Assembly (NCBI RefSeq): GCF_009914755.1
Contig: NC_060942.1
Direction: 5' to 3' (one strand)
DNA: 64,000 nucleotides
From: the human T2T-CHM13v2.0 reference genome, Homo sapiens
The notes under the pieces are model-generated. The model worked only from the letters and a program-made list of their open reading frames with translations, did not search any database and had not been told where the DNA came from. The position numbers were made by a program, and so were the translations under genes. Shown here one piece after another: positions 18,174 to 36,283 of this stretch. The stretch's first letter is position 1, and each line of letters starts with the position of its first letter.

Positions 18174-19211
18174 TCATCTTCTTTTAAACATTCTTAAAAG
18201 AAACTCATACTGTTTGCTCACTGTCACTACTGCCTCACCTACTACCATAAAATCTGGTTTCTCTCTTTTACTTTAATAAAAGGATCAAATAATTTCCATG
18301 TTGCTAAATCTGTTAACCATTTCACAGCGCGCATCCGACCTCTCTGAAACACTGCCTGCTCTTTGCAGCTGTGCCTCCATTTCCCCTGACTTTCCAGCCT
18401 TCTCTCTGGCTATGCCTTGTCCGTCTTTATTTTGCCAGATTCCTCTACTCATCCTTCAGCGCCGAGGCTGCACGGGTTCGGTCCTGAGTTGTCTTTTCTT
18501 CTCACCTTTCCAGTTTCCTGCATTCTGTTCTATCCTCTAATGATGGCGAGTTGTTTTTGTTGTTCTCATGTGTCAGATCCCATTGCTGCTTGATCTTTGG
18601 ATATGTTGGGTTTTTTTCCCCCTACTTAGCTGCTTCCCTACAGGTTATCAGTGGCTGCCAAAATACTGGAAGCTTTGAGAGAACAGAGACTGTAATACGT
18701 CCTTCCAGAGTCAGAATAAGGTCTAGCACATAGAAAGTCCTTAACACATATATGTTAAATTAAAATAAAATTAAGAAATACAAACAGCTAGCACAGATTT
18801 TTAAATGTTTAAAAGCATGAAATAAATGTAGATGTTAAAAATGAAAGAATATTTTCTTTCAGTTAAAATGGTCAACCCCAAAAGACACCCAGTTTGTGCA
18901 AGGATGTGAAGCAATGGACAAAACTATTCTGTTATAAATAATCATCATCACAGTATTTCTGAGGGCAACTAGGGAATATGTACATAGCACAGAGCACTGG
19001 GGTCAGAGAGAATGAGGCTGACCCTCAGCTCTGCCTTGTAACCAGCTGTCTGAACTTGGGAAGTTACTACTGAGCATCTTTAAATTTCAGTTTCCTCATC
19101 TGTAAAGTAAATCAGATTTGATGAAAAGTAAATAAATATAATATTTAGTTGAAATGTTTAGCTTATTAAAATTAACAAGCAGCTCAAATAGCCACTTAAA
19201 CCAATTTACTA

Positions 19212-19525
<314 letters not shown>

Positions 19526-19599
19526 AAAACCAAGTGATGTTTCATAAGAACCTTCTAACATAAAATAACTTTGATTAAATTTCCTCAAAAATGTGGATA

Positions 19600-20660
19600 G
19601 AATTCATTAATCCATCCTATAACTATTTAGTGAGCACAGTATTCAGTATTTGGTTGCATGTCAGGCCCATGTTCTTGTCAAAGGGGATAAACAGTGAAAA
19701 TAACTAAGTTATTGTCTTTGTAAGGGAGACAGACAATAAATCCGGAAATACACTGCAATGTCAGCTAGTGAAACACGAGAGTAAAGAGATGGAGAAGACT
19801 TTTCTAATGTGGGAAAACTTGAGCACAGGCCTGAAAAGTAAAGAGGCAAATTATGTGGCTATGAGGGAGAGGAGAGCTCCTGAGAGAAGGAATATCCAAG
19901 GCAAAGGCTCTGTTACAGGATCACACTAGGCACTGCTGAGACACTGGCAGAGATCAGGGTGGCTAACAAGCAGAACCCTGCAGGGAAGCATAGCAGAAGA
20001 TGAGGTCTGAGAGGTAACCTGGATCCAGCCGTGTGGGCTGTGCCGGCCACGGTAAGGACATGGAGTTTCTTCTGAGGGTGATGAAAAGCCAGTGGAAGGT
20101 TCTGAGTAGAGCAATGACATGATCATATTTTTTACTTAAGAGGCCTACTTGGTTGTTTTTGGGAAAAATAGATTGAAAGGGGCAGGGTGAAAGCAGGAAG
20201 GCCACTTAGAGGTTACTGTCATAGTCTGATGAGAGATGATGGTGGCTTGGAATAGAAGATATTTTGGCCAAGTGCCGTGGCTCATGCCTATAATCCCAGC
20301 ACTTTGGGAGGCGGAGGCAGGTGGATCACTTGAGCTCTGTTAGGAATTAAAGACCAGCCTGGGCAACATGGCAAAACTCCATCTCTACAAAAAATACAAA
20401 AAACACTAGCTGGGCATGGTGGCGCACACCTGTGGTCCCAGATACTCAGGAGGCTGAGGTGGGAGGATCACTGGAACCTGGGAAGTCGAGGCTACAGTAG
20501 AGCTGTGATCATGCCATTGCACTTTAGCCTGGGTGACAGAGCAAGACCCTGTCTCAAAAAAAAAAAAAAAACAAAAAAACTCTCAATTGGAGATGGAGAG
20601 AAGTGGTCAGAATCAGGATATATTTTAAAGGGAGAGCTGTCAGAATTTGCTAATGAACTA
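19600..20660 (-). repeat. L2 fragment split by Alu 20266-20578
   Basis: L2 3' end pattern, then ggttctgagtagagcaatgacatgatc...ggagatggagagaagtggtcag. Confidence 0.75.
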
Positions 20661-21140
20661 GATGTTCCGCATCTAGGAACTTAAGGATTTCATGGTGGAC
20701 ATTTAAAAAGATTTACATACAAGGATACACAAAATATGTTGCTTATAAAGGGACACAAGGTGATTTGTTTAATAAACTCCGGAATAGCCATAAGCTAGAA
20801 ACGATATAGCCATTTAGAAATGATAATATTGAATATATAATGACATGGAAAAAATAATCATGATATGTTAAGCAAAACAACCAGTAATAAAACAAAGCAT
20901 TCTATATTAACTCACTTTGACCAAATAAAGTGCATAGAAACAAGGCTAAAGGTTATTGATCAACATGTTAACAAAATTTCTCTCTGGGTTATGGAATTAC
21001 ATGTTTGTAACTTTCCTTCTTTAAGCTTAATGTACTTTCCAAATTTTCTACAATGATCAAGTATTACTTGTATAAAAATAAATAATTTTTAAAATTTAAT
21101 ATTAAAACTATTTTCAACAAATGCAATTATGGATGAATAA

Positions 21141-21645
<505 letters not shown>

Positions 21646-21874
21646 CTGAAAGAACCAAGGATAGAGAGACATCAATGAATAAATGTACTAGTTTCTTCTA
21701 AACAGCTAGTCATACAGAATAAATGAAGAGCTTGGATTACAAAACAATGAGTAAACCAACAAAAAACTATTTTAAAAATTAGATTTTGGGTACTAAAAGA
21801 TGGGTGGAAAGCAAGTAGAGAATCCACAGGCTCTACCTGCTGAGGCACATGGGTTTAAACCTAAGCTCCACCAC

Positions 21875-22272
21875 TGTGGTAGGCTTCATTAAGGGCTCAG
21901 GTTCTTCATGCTTTCCTGTGTCTATGCCGTTATGTGACTCTGCTCACTAAAGGGGATTATATTTCCCACACCCTGACTTTGGGTTTGGCTATATGATTTG
22001 CTTGGCCACTGGAATAGTGGTGGGTGTGATAAGACCAAGGGCTTCAAAAGCATATGTACAATGGGCTTGTCCCTTGTGTTTCTATTATGGCCACGAAAAT
22101 GTCAAGCCTGGGTTAGCCTGTGGTCCCGGGATAAAGATGAGATACCTGTAAAGTGGAGCTACCACAGGGGATCTGGAGACCCATGAGTTAGTAAGTGCTT
22201 TTGCTTTATGCGGCTGTGATTTTGTAGTGGTTAGTTACACGGTATTACTGTGACCACAGCTGACTGAGATAA
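21875..22272 (+). mobile_element. MLT1 (probably MLT1I-like) solo LTR inserted into a MIR
   Basis: ccctgactttgggtttggctatatgatttgcttggcc motif and MLT1-type 3' end (gttacac...cagctgactgagata). MIR halves on each side. Confidence 0.7.
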
Positions 22273-22420
22273 GGCCACTTGCCAGCTATTTGACACGGAG
22301 CAAGTTGCTGCACCTTTCTGAGCTGTAGTTTCCTCATCAATAAAGAAAGTGGTACTTTATCACTTGTTGAGAAGATCAGAATCAGTAGATGGTGTTCTAT
22401 ACATAGAAAATACTAAAAAA

Positions 22421-23193
<773 letters not shown>

Positions 23194-23652
23194 TTAAATA
23201 TATTTGCTGTAAAATCAAGTGATATATTTCATAAGAATCTTCTATGTAAAATAACTGATTAAATTTCTCAAAACATCCTCAATAACGATTCATAATTTTA
23301 AAAAAATGTTGGGTTTGGACAATAAGAAGCTACCAAAAAATATAAAAACCATACCATTTCCCATCCTCTTGTTCCAAAAAGGATTTGAGGTACTTATGGT
23401 GTACCATTAGATGCCTCCTAAAATATTCATATTTAAAAAGATTCTTAGATTCTGCCATTAAAGATGTTCTAAAATAATACCCCTAAAATATCCATATTTC
23501 TCTCAGGAATGCTTTTGTCCCAACTTCCACATTTCTCTTATTCATTCCTTTAAGATGCAGTTCAAATATCATCTCATCTTTTAAAAGTCTCCCTTTGGGC
23601 TTTAAATTAGGAGACAGGAGACAGTTACCCACATTAGAAACTTTTGCTATAA

Positions 23653-23977
<325 letters not shown>

Positions 23978-24629
23978 CCACACTTTGTTACATAGTCGGT
24001 TTTGTGTGCATGATTGTTTGGTTAAAAAATTTTACATACTACTTTTCAGAAATTAAAGTCACAGTTATTATATAAAATAACAGACAACTGTCATCATATG
24101 CATTCCTGGAGATTATAATTTATCCCTTATCCCATTAGGGAAATTCTGAAACTAGAATCTGCTAGTAAAGACATTCTAATTCTCTCTTAACTCTTTGCTC
24201 TTTTCATTCTAATCTTTCTGGGTAATTCACTTAGTGGTCTTATGAGGAGGAAGCTGGTGATCTACGCAAATATAACTCCCTCTGGAGTTAGTGCTTCTCT
24301 TGTCAGGGATGACACTAGTTTTCAAATGAAGGTAGCTTATAGTAAGAAATTAAATTTTTACTTTAAGTTTATACTAGCTGTTTGCTAACTTCTGAACACT
24401 GGAAGTTATTTATCTGGTTTCAGTGGCTGGGAAAACCAATTTAAAATTTATTGGCCAAGATGATATACACTTAGAACAACACTATCCAAGTATTCTTCAT
24501 AAAGGAAAATCAATAATCAATTTTATTCTAAAATGACAAATAATACCAGCTTTTAAGACAATGTAGGCAAGTATTTTTGTTTTGTCTTGAATGTTACAAA
24601 TATCTTGAAGATATCTATCAATAAATTAA

Positions 24630-25410
<781 letters not shown>

Positions 25411-25465
25411 AATAATGTGACAATTAAAACCTAATATGGTCAAAAGCAACCCATTCATATGATAA

Positions 25466-25859
<394 letters not shown>

Positions 25860-26211
25860 TAACACACTCCACAACATTCACTGTCTGTACCCAAGACTGT
25901 CATGCCTACCAACTCTAAGTTTTATATGACAGCAGGGATTTTTGGAGTCACTAGGATTTAGTACTATGCCTGAAAAACTGTAGATATTCATGTGTCACAT
26001 GAATAAACCACATTATCTGTTTTACAAATCTGTCTTCTGTTTTAGACTGAGTTTTATTGGGAGAGAGAGCTCATATTGTTTATTCTGCATTCCCGGAGTC
26101 CTCACACAGGTAACTGTTCACTGGATAAATAAATGTACAACACTGTTAGTTTCACACTTAATTCTGAAAACATAGCTTAAACTTTAATTTATACACAAGA
26201 ATATGTTAAGG

Positions 26212-26543
26212 CAGGGGTTTGCAACCCCCAGTCCACTGACTGGTACTGGTCTGTGGCCTGTTAGGAAGTGAGCGGCACAGCAAATGAGTGGTGGATGAGC
26301 AAGCGTTATGCCTGAGCTCTGTCTCCTGCTAAGATCAGCAGCGGCATTAGATTCTCAAAGGAGCACAAACCCTACTGTGAACTGCACATGTGAGGGATCT
26401 AGGTTGTATGCTCCTTACGAGAATCTAATGCCTGATGATCTGAGGTGGAACAGTTTCATCTTGAAACCACCCCTCCACCCCCAATCCTTGACATTGTCTT
26501 CCACAAAACCAGTCTCTGGTACCAAAAAGGTTGGGGACTGCTG
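26212..26543 (+). mobile_element. MER1B-like hAT-Charlie MITE
   Basis: CAGGGG...CTG termini. Perfect 8-bp TSD tgttaagg at 26204-26211 and 26544-26551. Confidence 0.9.
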
Positions 26544-26678
26544 TGTTAAGGTATTAACATAATTGGAAATATTAATATTTTAAAACACTACAATTCTCAG
26601 AGACATTGGGGGTGGTTTTAATAAAACCAGAAAGCTTTTTAAAATGGGGAATAGATATTTCCTCAAATGTAAGACTAA

Positions 26679-27403
<725 letters not shown>

Positions 27404-27456
27404 ATTATACTATTTCTTAGACAGTAAACAGATCAGAAAGCATTTCCAGCTCTTAC

Positions 27457-27534
27457 CCAGTCAGCGTTTTTCAGCTCTTCCAAGTCTGTGCTAGATTCAT
27501 CGCTCTTTTCCATTTCTTGAATCTTCTTAAGATT
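27457..27534 (-). CDS. SPIRE1: SPIRE1 coding exon (probably exon 5), 78 nt: [26 protein letters not shown]
   Basis: ctgtag|AATCTT acceptor, GACTGG|gtaaga donor. Phase 0-0. Confidence 0.97.
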
Positions 27535-28490
27535 CTACAGGTTAAAATAATACAGGCATAAAAATTTCATTAAGTTACCTTCTCAAATTAAAATTCCTAA
27601 CATATCTTCAGATAAGACATATATTCAAGTACCAGTGAAGGAGATGGTACAGAATCTATTGCTCCGTAAACTCTAGGGCCAATTAAAATGGAACCCTGAG
27701 GATCCATTTTACTGAGGATGGACGGAGATTGCTCACTCTAATTTCCTTTCAGGCCCTGCCAACACAACTTTCTTTTTCTTTTTTTTTTTTTTTTAACTTA
27801 AGCTCTCTTCTTTTCATCTCTACTACAAATCCATTACTCTAAACACCATCATATTTTGCCTGGGCTTCTGAAGCAATCTGATCCCGGATGCTCTCCTTTC
27901 CTCACCCCATGGCTGGTCTCTTTCATTGTCTACTTTCATTCTTCCTTTCAGATATCACACTCAACAGAATCATCGATTCTTCAGAGAAGCCTTCCCTTCC
28001 TCCCTGAATAAGTCAAAATCCTCCTATTTTAAAATTTTATAGCACCATTATACCTCTAACAGCTCTTATCAACATTGTAATTTTACACATATTAGTGCCT
28101 TCCCTCTAGACTTCATGAGGCAGAATCCCATCTTCAGAGGCCACACAAGCACTGGCACTTGCTGATGCTCAATATATATTTATCAAGTAATTTGATGAGT
28201 ACATTTTAATTGATAAAAATGCCTCAAACTGCATCAATTCAACACTTGCAACTTTAAGAAAATCTTGGTTGCTAAAATATATTCACATATTAATTCTAAA
28301 TTTATGATACAGCAATTCTACTTACAGTAATTCAACCCTAATATATTTACTTTTTGCTGAGCTATGTGCCTGCCTGCACTTAAACTGAGTTTTAAAAAAA
28401 TTTTTCCCTAATCCCCACGTTGATCAAAAGACTGTTTAAATGCACTGTATGAAATCTAGCTTGTTTTATATGAGAATAATGAATACTTAA

Positions 28491-29130
<640 letters not shown>

Positions 29131-30230
29131 CTTTACCTCATCTCCTACTATTTCTTCCCACTCCAGCCTTATGGTATGCACACTGGCTGCCACCTTCTTC
29201 CTAGAATGCTTTACATCTCAAATATCCAGACTGAATCACCTCATATCTGTTACACACTTGTGCAAACGTCACCTTCTCAACGGGGTCTATCTTGACCAAA
29301 TTCCAAGCCCCATCCCCAGCTACTAGCAGTTACTCTAGTTTATGTCTTTTTCCATAGCTCTTCCTACCTTTTAGTGGTCTACAGAATGTACTTATTTCAT
29401 ATGTTTACTGTCTACCACCTCCTGCTGGATTCAGACTTTAGGAAAGAAGAATTTTTTTTTTTTTTGTATTTTGTTCACTGATGGGATTCACAAATCTCCA
29501 GAATAGCCTTGCATAGAATAGGTGCTTAGTAAATATTTCTTCATTAAGTAGATTAAGACACTTTCAACCATGCATGTTTAAATACTTAAACCTATTTAAT
29601 AGCCCTTACCAAGTCAACTTTAGTAAGAGGAAGCTCAATCAGAGGGAGTAATATTCAGAGAAAAATCTATGTTCTCCTCTAAATTCAGAATCCCCTAGGG
29701 AAGTTGGGGAGCGGTATCTTATCTGCCACACAGAAACACATGCTCTGCGTTTTAGGAAAATAAATCTTCAACCCAGGCTCACATTACATTTAAGTGTCTC
29801 ATTCAGCCAATAGGTGGATGAATAAATAGGTAAAATAAAATAAAGAAGAAAAAGAAATGCATTTCTAATACCATACAGAAGAAAAGAGGTAATTATAGTA
29901 TTAAACAGGTCAACAAGATTCAACCAGCATCAAATAAGCTGGTTTGGAACCTTAGCGCCTGAGAAAATCAAGTACGCATAAATGGACCAACCTTCTAACA
30001 ACCCTCCTTTCCTTAGACATAATGGAATGTGGGGTGGGGCTGACACATGCCCACTTGGAAACACGTTCTTTCTGCCATATTCTCCCTTGTCACCCAAAGG
30101 CTGATCCCACAGAAGCAATATACTGCTTACCCAGGAGCTTATAAACCATAAAAATATGAAAAAAGCTGAAATCATGATGAATAAACTCATCTTTATAAGC
30201 CCATACTTTTTTCTTTTTTTTTTAAATTCC

Positions 30231-30530
30231 AGACCAGGTGCAGTGACTCATGCCTATGATCCCAATATTTGGGGAAGCTGAGGCATGAGGACTGCTTGAG
30301 GCCAGGAGTTGAAGACCAACCTGGGCAACACAGTAAGACCCTGTCTCTCCAAAAAAACCAAAAAATTAGCCGGGTGTGGTGGCGCTTGCCTGTAGTCCCA
30401 GCTACTCAGGAGGCTGAGGTAGGAGAATCACTTCAGCCTGGGAGGTTGCGGCTACAAGTGAGCTAAGATCACACCACTGCACTCCAACCTGGGCGACAGA
30501 GAGAAACCCTGTCTCAAAAAAATAAAACAA
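30231..30530 (+). repeat. AluJ
   Basis: Diverged Alu dimer. Confidence 0.85.
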
Positions 30531-30590
30531 AATATTAATAAAACAACAGATAAACATGACATATTTTCCTGGAATTAATGTAATGAAAGC

Positions 30591-31000
30591 TGTGGTAAGC
30601 TGCCCTCTGTTTCAGGAACAACGTCCTCTTCCACTAGTGGCTAGAGATGTCTGCTAAAGGCTCACTACTTAACCCTCCTCAGGAACTGCCCTTTAGCCAA
30701 AGGAAGCTGCTTTGTCAAAGTTACATCCTCCCTAGAGTAACCTATATCCAGTCACTGGTCTGTGAGGAAGTACAAAGATCAGGCCTCCTTGCTTCAATTT
30801 GGGACATCTCTGAAGAACCACCCCTAGCTGCTGAGCTCCCTGTGGGATCGGCTGAGGCCTCTGCTGCATCTGCATCACATTTCAACATTTCCCTCTGCTC
30901 AATCCTGCTTTCCTTATTCCTTATAGGTGTTCCCAAAAGCATGCCCCAATAAAACCTCCTGAATTCAAATTTTACCCCTAGGAGTCTCCCAGGGAAATCC
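30591..31000 (+). mobile_element. LTR16-like (ERVL) LTR
   Basis: gctgagctccctgtgggatcggctgaggcctctg...ccctctgctcaatcctgctt...cccaataaaacctcctg. Confidence 0.75.
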
Positions 31001-31139
31001 TAGGGGAGCTTAATCCACAGCATGAAACATTAAAAAAATATTACAACAGACATCTCAGACAAAACTTACATGAATTTCAAAGGTAAAATCCACTATGTCA
31101 AAGATATTTTAACTTGCACTAGACGAGCAAGTCTTCAGT

Positions 31140-31651
31140 GGACAGCATTAATTTTTCAAGAAAGCCTCCCTGCTCCTTCCTCTGATAAAGATCCTTCTGT
31201 TGAGAAATGCATCCCATACGGTTTGAGCAGGGCTGACCCAGTACCTCACTTCCTATTTACAAGCGTAAGAACATGACCTAGACCAGCCAGCACAGCCTAT
31301 CTCCTGGCCACTGTGACTGGTTACTAAGTGGGTATATGACTCCAAATCTTCCTCTAAGACTTTTTTGCCCCAATTAACAGAAAAGATTTGCTGCCAGAGT
31401 TCTAAATTGATAGAGTGTGAGAATAGGGCTGCAGACGGTAGTAAGAGACTGTCCTGGAAAGGGTTGGAGAGGAAAGGGAGGGAGCATGCCAGCCCTAATT
31501 ACAGCCTTTGAGATTCTGGATCCAACTATGCCTAAAACTAGCTGTACCCTTAGACTTCCTAATTATGTGAGCCAATACATCTCTCCCCTACTCTGCCCAT
31601 GCTTATTTGAGTGGGTTTCTGTCATCTGCAACTGAAAGTTACGATTTAATA
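31140..31651 (+). mobile_element. MLT1 (MLT1K-like) LTR
   Basis: ctggatccaactatgcctaaa...ttatgtgagccaatac...tttgagtgggtttctgtcatctgcaactgaaag. Confidence 0.65.
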
Positions 31652-33024
31652 TGTCCTTAATAGTCTACAAATATGAGTTCATGCTTTTATGTCTTAGGGG
31701 TACTTTGGTAGAATAGTGTGAGAAGCAGCAAAATATATTCAATCCAAACTCTTTTGCTTCAATGCCCACCAAAACAGGGCCCCTTTTCCACCCAACCTTA
31801 ATTTTTACTATTCTCCGACACATCCCTGACTAAATGTAGTCAGGAGGGTGTCACTGTTAGGCCTGCCTACATCTCTACCTTTATTTGTGCTGTGATCAAA
31901 TCCCTCACTCATTGCCACTAAGAAAAACTATCTGTTCTTTATAACATTGAAGACAATTGAAATGGTCCAAGAATTTCACATTTCTTTGTTTTTCTGAACA
32001 ATAGCACAAACTGTAGCTCAGATACTTTCCAGCTGCGTGACTTTGGGGAAATTTTTAAATTGCTGTAATCCTGTTTGATTTTCTCATATATTAAAGTGCA
32101 AATAATAATAGCTATCTTTTGGATTTTATAGAAGAAATATACCAGAAGAATACAGATGAAACACAGCATTCAGTTCAGACCATATTGAACATTCAGTAGG
32201 TATTAGTTATTATGTCAATGAATACCTATGAGGATTTGATTGTGAATACTTTTACTCCATCACAAAAATATTTTATACTAAGTGAATTTGTTTTGCAAAA
32301 TGATACCTCTCCTTAGCCTCTTCATCAAATCAAAATCCTGACTCAGCAATAAATCAATGTAGATAGCTTAGAATCTATAAATACTGTAATCAAACAAGCT
32401 TGATCAAATATGTGGCTAGAAAGCTCAATTTTTCTAGTTAGCAGTAAAAACAAATGAGTTATTTGAAAGTAAATTACAGATTTTTCTTGTTTTAGATTCA
32501 AGCTGTCAATTATACTTTAGCTTCTGAATGATTTTTCTTTTTTTTGCTTGCAGAAATGTAATAACAGATGTCAACCTGTGCTTGAGATATGGTGAGAAAG
32601 TTCTAATTGGGAGAACCCACATGGCAATTACGCTTCCCATTTCTGACATTACTATTCTCAAGCTGGCAATTAGAAATGCTCAATGCCAACATTTTCAGTT
32701 CCTGGCAACTTAAAAAACAAAATCTACTCTGTGAATCAGAAGTATGTCAAATGCTCAGAGAATAATTTTAATCCATTTGTGTAGGTTCAACATCAGCTCA
32801 CATATAAGTACCCCTTTACTAATTAAATCCTTCTTATTCACATATATGTTCATATATTAAAATAATAATGTATTTTTTATGACAGCATTTTAATGATCAC
32901 CATTTCCACCATTTAAACTATCTTATTTCCCTATGCCATGTGTACATGTTTTCAGTTAGACATTTTTAAATGCATTATAATAAGGAATATATTTCAAAAA
33001 TTCCTTGAACAAACTTTTAATTAA

Positions 33025-33734
<710 letters not shown>

Positions 33735-34394
33735 TTACTTACATAAAGAGTATTAAATACATTTCATGACTGACATTATTTCACAATATTGTCTATAATA
33801 AATTAAAAAATGAATATCAGCCACACAGATTATGAGCTATGACTTTTTAATTCAAATATATTTTATCTGAAAAGAGGGAAAGAAGATTTTATCACATTGA
33901 CTAGTCCCAAATTAATATTTCAGAAATTAGGGTACAAAAACCCAGTAAAAAGTTATAGCAGTTGTTCTGATAACTGGAAGTCTCCCATGCAGAGTTAATG
34001 GATAAGTACTAAAGAATATGATTTATATTTGTGTCAAACTTTATGGTGCATTCTTAAAGATATAACACGCTTCTCCTCCCTGAGGGGTGGATGGTGGCCA
34101 AGTAACAACTATAGCAATTATGAAAAAAGTCAAGAGCATTTTATTGAATAAAAAATGTAAAATGTTAAACTATAAATTGATATTCTGTACTACTTAATTC
34201 GAATTTATATGGTTCACTACAGAAATTAGAAAAACTATAGATGAAGTCATAAAAATGAAAGCAATTCATTTCTAGGTTCTAGGAAAGGAATTCCTAGAAT
34301 TCCTCTATTCTTCCAGTATTTTTTGTACCTATACACACATGTGCACACACGCACGCACACACACACACGCAAACACTCTCTCTCTAACAAATGT

Positions 34395-34466
34395 CTCTGC
34401 TCTATACAGCTGGACTGACTCCGCTCTACATAGCTGGACTGACTCTGCTCTACATAGCTGGACTGA
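34395..34466. repeat. Minisatellite, 3 x 24 bp (ctcYgctctaYaYagctggactga)
   Basis: Units at 34395, 34419 and 34443. Confidence 0.95.
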
Positions 34467-34609
34467 CATTATCTGCTAATACACATTCACCTTTTCTGTT
34501 TTTATACTCATCAGCTCTTCACACCTATAGAAATGCAGTGATGATGATAAAAATGACCATTAAAATATCACAGACAATATTACAAATTATATCACAGTTA
34601 TTTTCTTAA

Positions 34610-35385
34610 TAAATAAAGACAAATTAATAAGACCAATGGCTCATTAGAAAAATGAACAAAGGAAATGAACAAGCAATTGACAAATGATTCTTAAGTACAT
34701 GAAAAGATATCTGATCTCATTTACAATAAGACAAATGCAAATTAAAATTGTTAAGATACTAATTTTCACTTATCACTGTGAAAACACATTGTCAAGATGT
34801 AGGAGAATAGATAGCCTCACACATTGCTAAGGACAGTATCAACTACTAAACCTCTAGGAAGGACAATAGTGTAATATTTTATAAAAATTATAAATGCACA
34901 TTTCCTTTGACCCAGCAAGTCTACTTCTAGGAATCTACCTTACACTTATGTTCACACTCAAGAAAAATAGGTTAAAAATTATCCATGACACCACTGTTTG
35001 TAATAGAAAAAGAATGGAAATTACTTAGTAGCTGTCAATATAGGACTAGTTAAACTCATTACACCATACCCACAAAATAGATTATAAAGGCCTACAGATG
35101 TGAAAGCTATTTACTGATATGAAATGATCTCTAAGACATATAATTAAATAAAAAAGGAAAGTTTAAAAGTGAAAAAAGGAAGAAAATACTGATATGCGCT
35201 TGTTAGTTATACATAAAATCTCTCTGCAAAGATAAAAAAGAAATTAATAATATTTGTTGCCCATATATAGGGAGAGTGTGAGTAGTAGACAAAAATAGAA
35301 GGGTACAATTTAATGTAATATTTTTACAACTCCTGGGTTTTGAACCATGTGAAATTTTTTGTTAAAAATAAATTAAGTTTTAAAA
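34610..35385 (+). mobile_element. L1ME-like 3' fragment
   Basis: aaatgcaaattaaaa...cctttgacccagcaagtctacttctaggaatctacc. Confidence 0.7.
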
Positions 35386-36283
35386 GCTGCAGGATCTGAA
35401 AGGTGGCAGAGTTCTTCCACGAGCTTTCAGTAAAATATTCTTGTGAAACATTTTAACAGGGAGAGCAGCGCTAAGAGCAATGACAGGAGGTCAGAGAGAG
35501 ATTTACTCCTCCCTGATGAGACACCAGTGCTCGGCATGTTACCAACACTCAAAACAAAAATAACAAATCAAACAGAAAAAAGACAGACAGCAGCAAGGAC
35601 CCTAAACATTACAAATGATGAATGATCTCATTAAAACGAACACATGGCACACTTACAAAAAGACATCTGGTGGTGGATTTTCTGTCAAAAAGTGGTATGT
35701 TCACCACTTGGAGGGATATAAACCTATTTTAGGTCTAGAAAGAAACTTCCAGCCAACTTAAATGCCAGAATTTTATTATTGGAGGTGTTGGCATGAGGTG
35801 AGGAATAGGCAAGGAATATGAGAAAGCTGATTAAAATACCCTTCAATCTGTGAATGAGACAGACGTCTTGGGGCTTTTTCTTTGCAAGGCTATTCAAGCA
35901 GAAAATAAGTTGAAGTCATGTCACAAACAGGTGTCCCAGTGTGAGTTAGTTAACATGCAATTGGCCCTATGACACTGGCGGATTTGGCTACTGGCTTGAT
36001 AAGAGATTGGGGGGTGGAAAATACTTACATTTGATTTTTCAACCAATTTACAGACTATAAAATGTGGCTATAAGATTTTAAAAACAGACAAAACCATTTC
36101 ATAACAGCCTAGTCATTTTAGAAAACACTGTTTTTCCCCCAGCAAAAGAAGATACTTTATATACATGAATATAGTTTTTCATTTTAGGTAAAATATTTTT
36201 TAGTTTTATTTAAGATAAACCGAGCTCAATAATTTCATCAAGTTATGATTTCTTGCATAGGGCTAACTGAAATAATATATGTA

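Noticed and set aside
30647-30952. 101-aa ORF
   Set aside because: Entirely within an LTR16-like element.
34395-34466. 24-bp repeats as a CRISPR-like array
   Set aside because: Units are contiguous with no spacers, in a mammalian intron with no cas genes.
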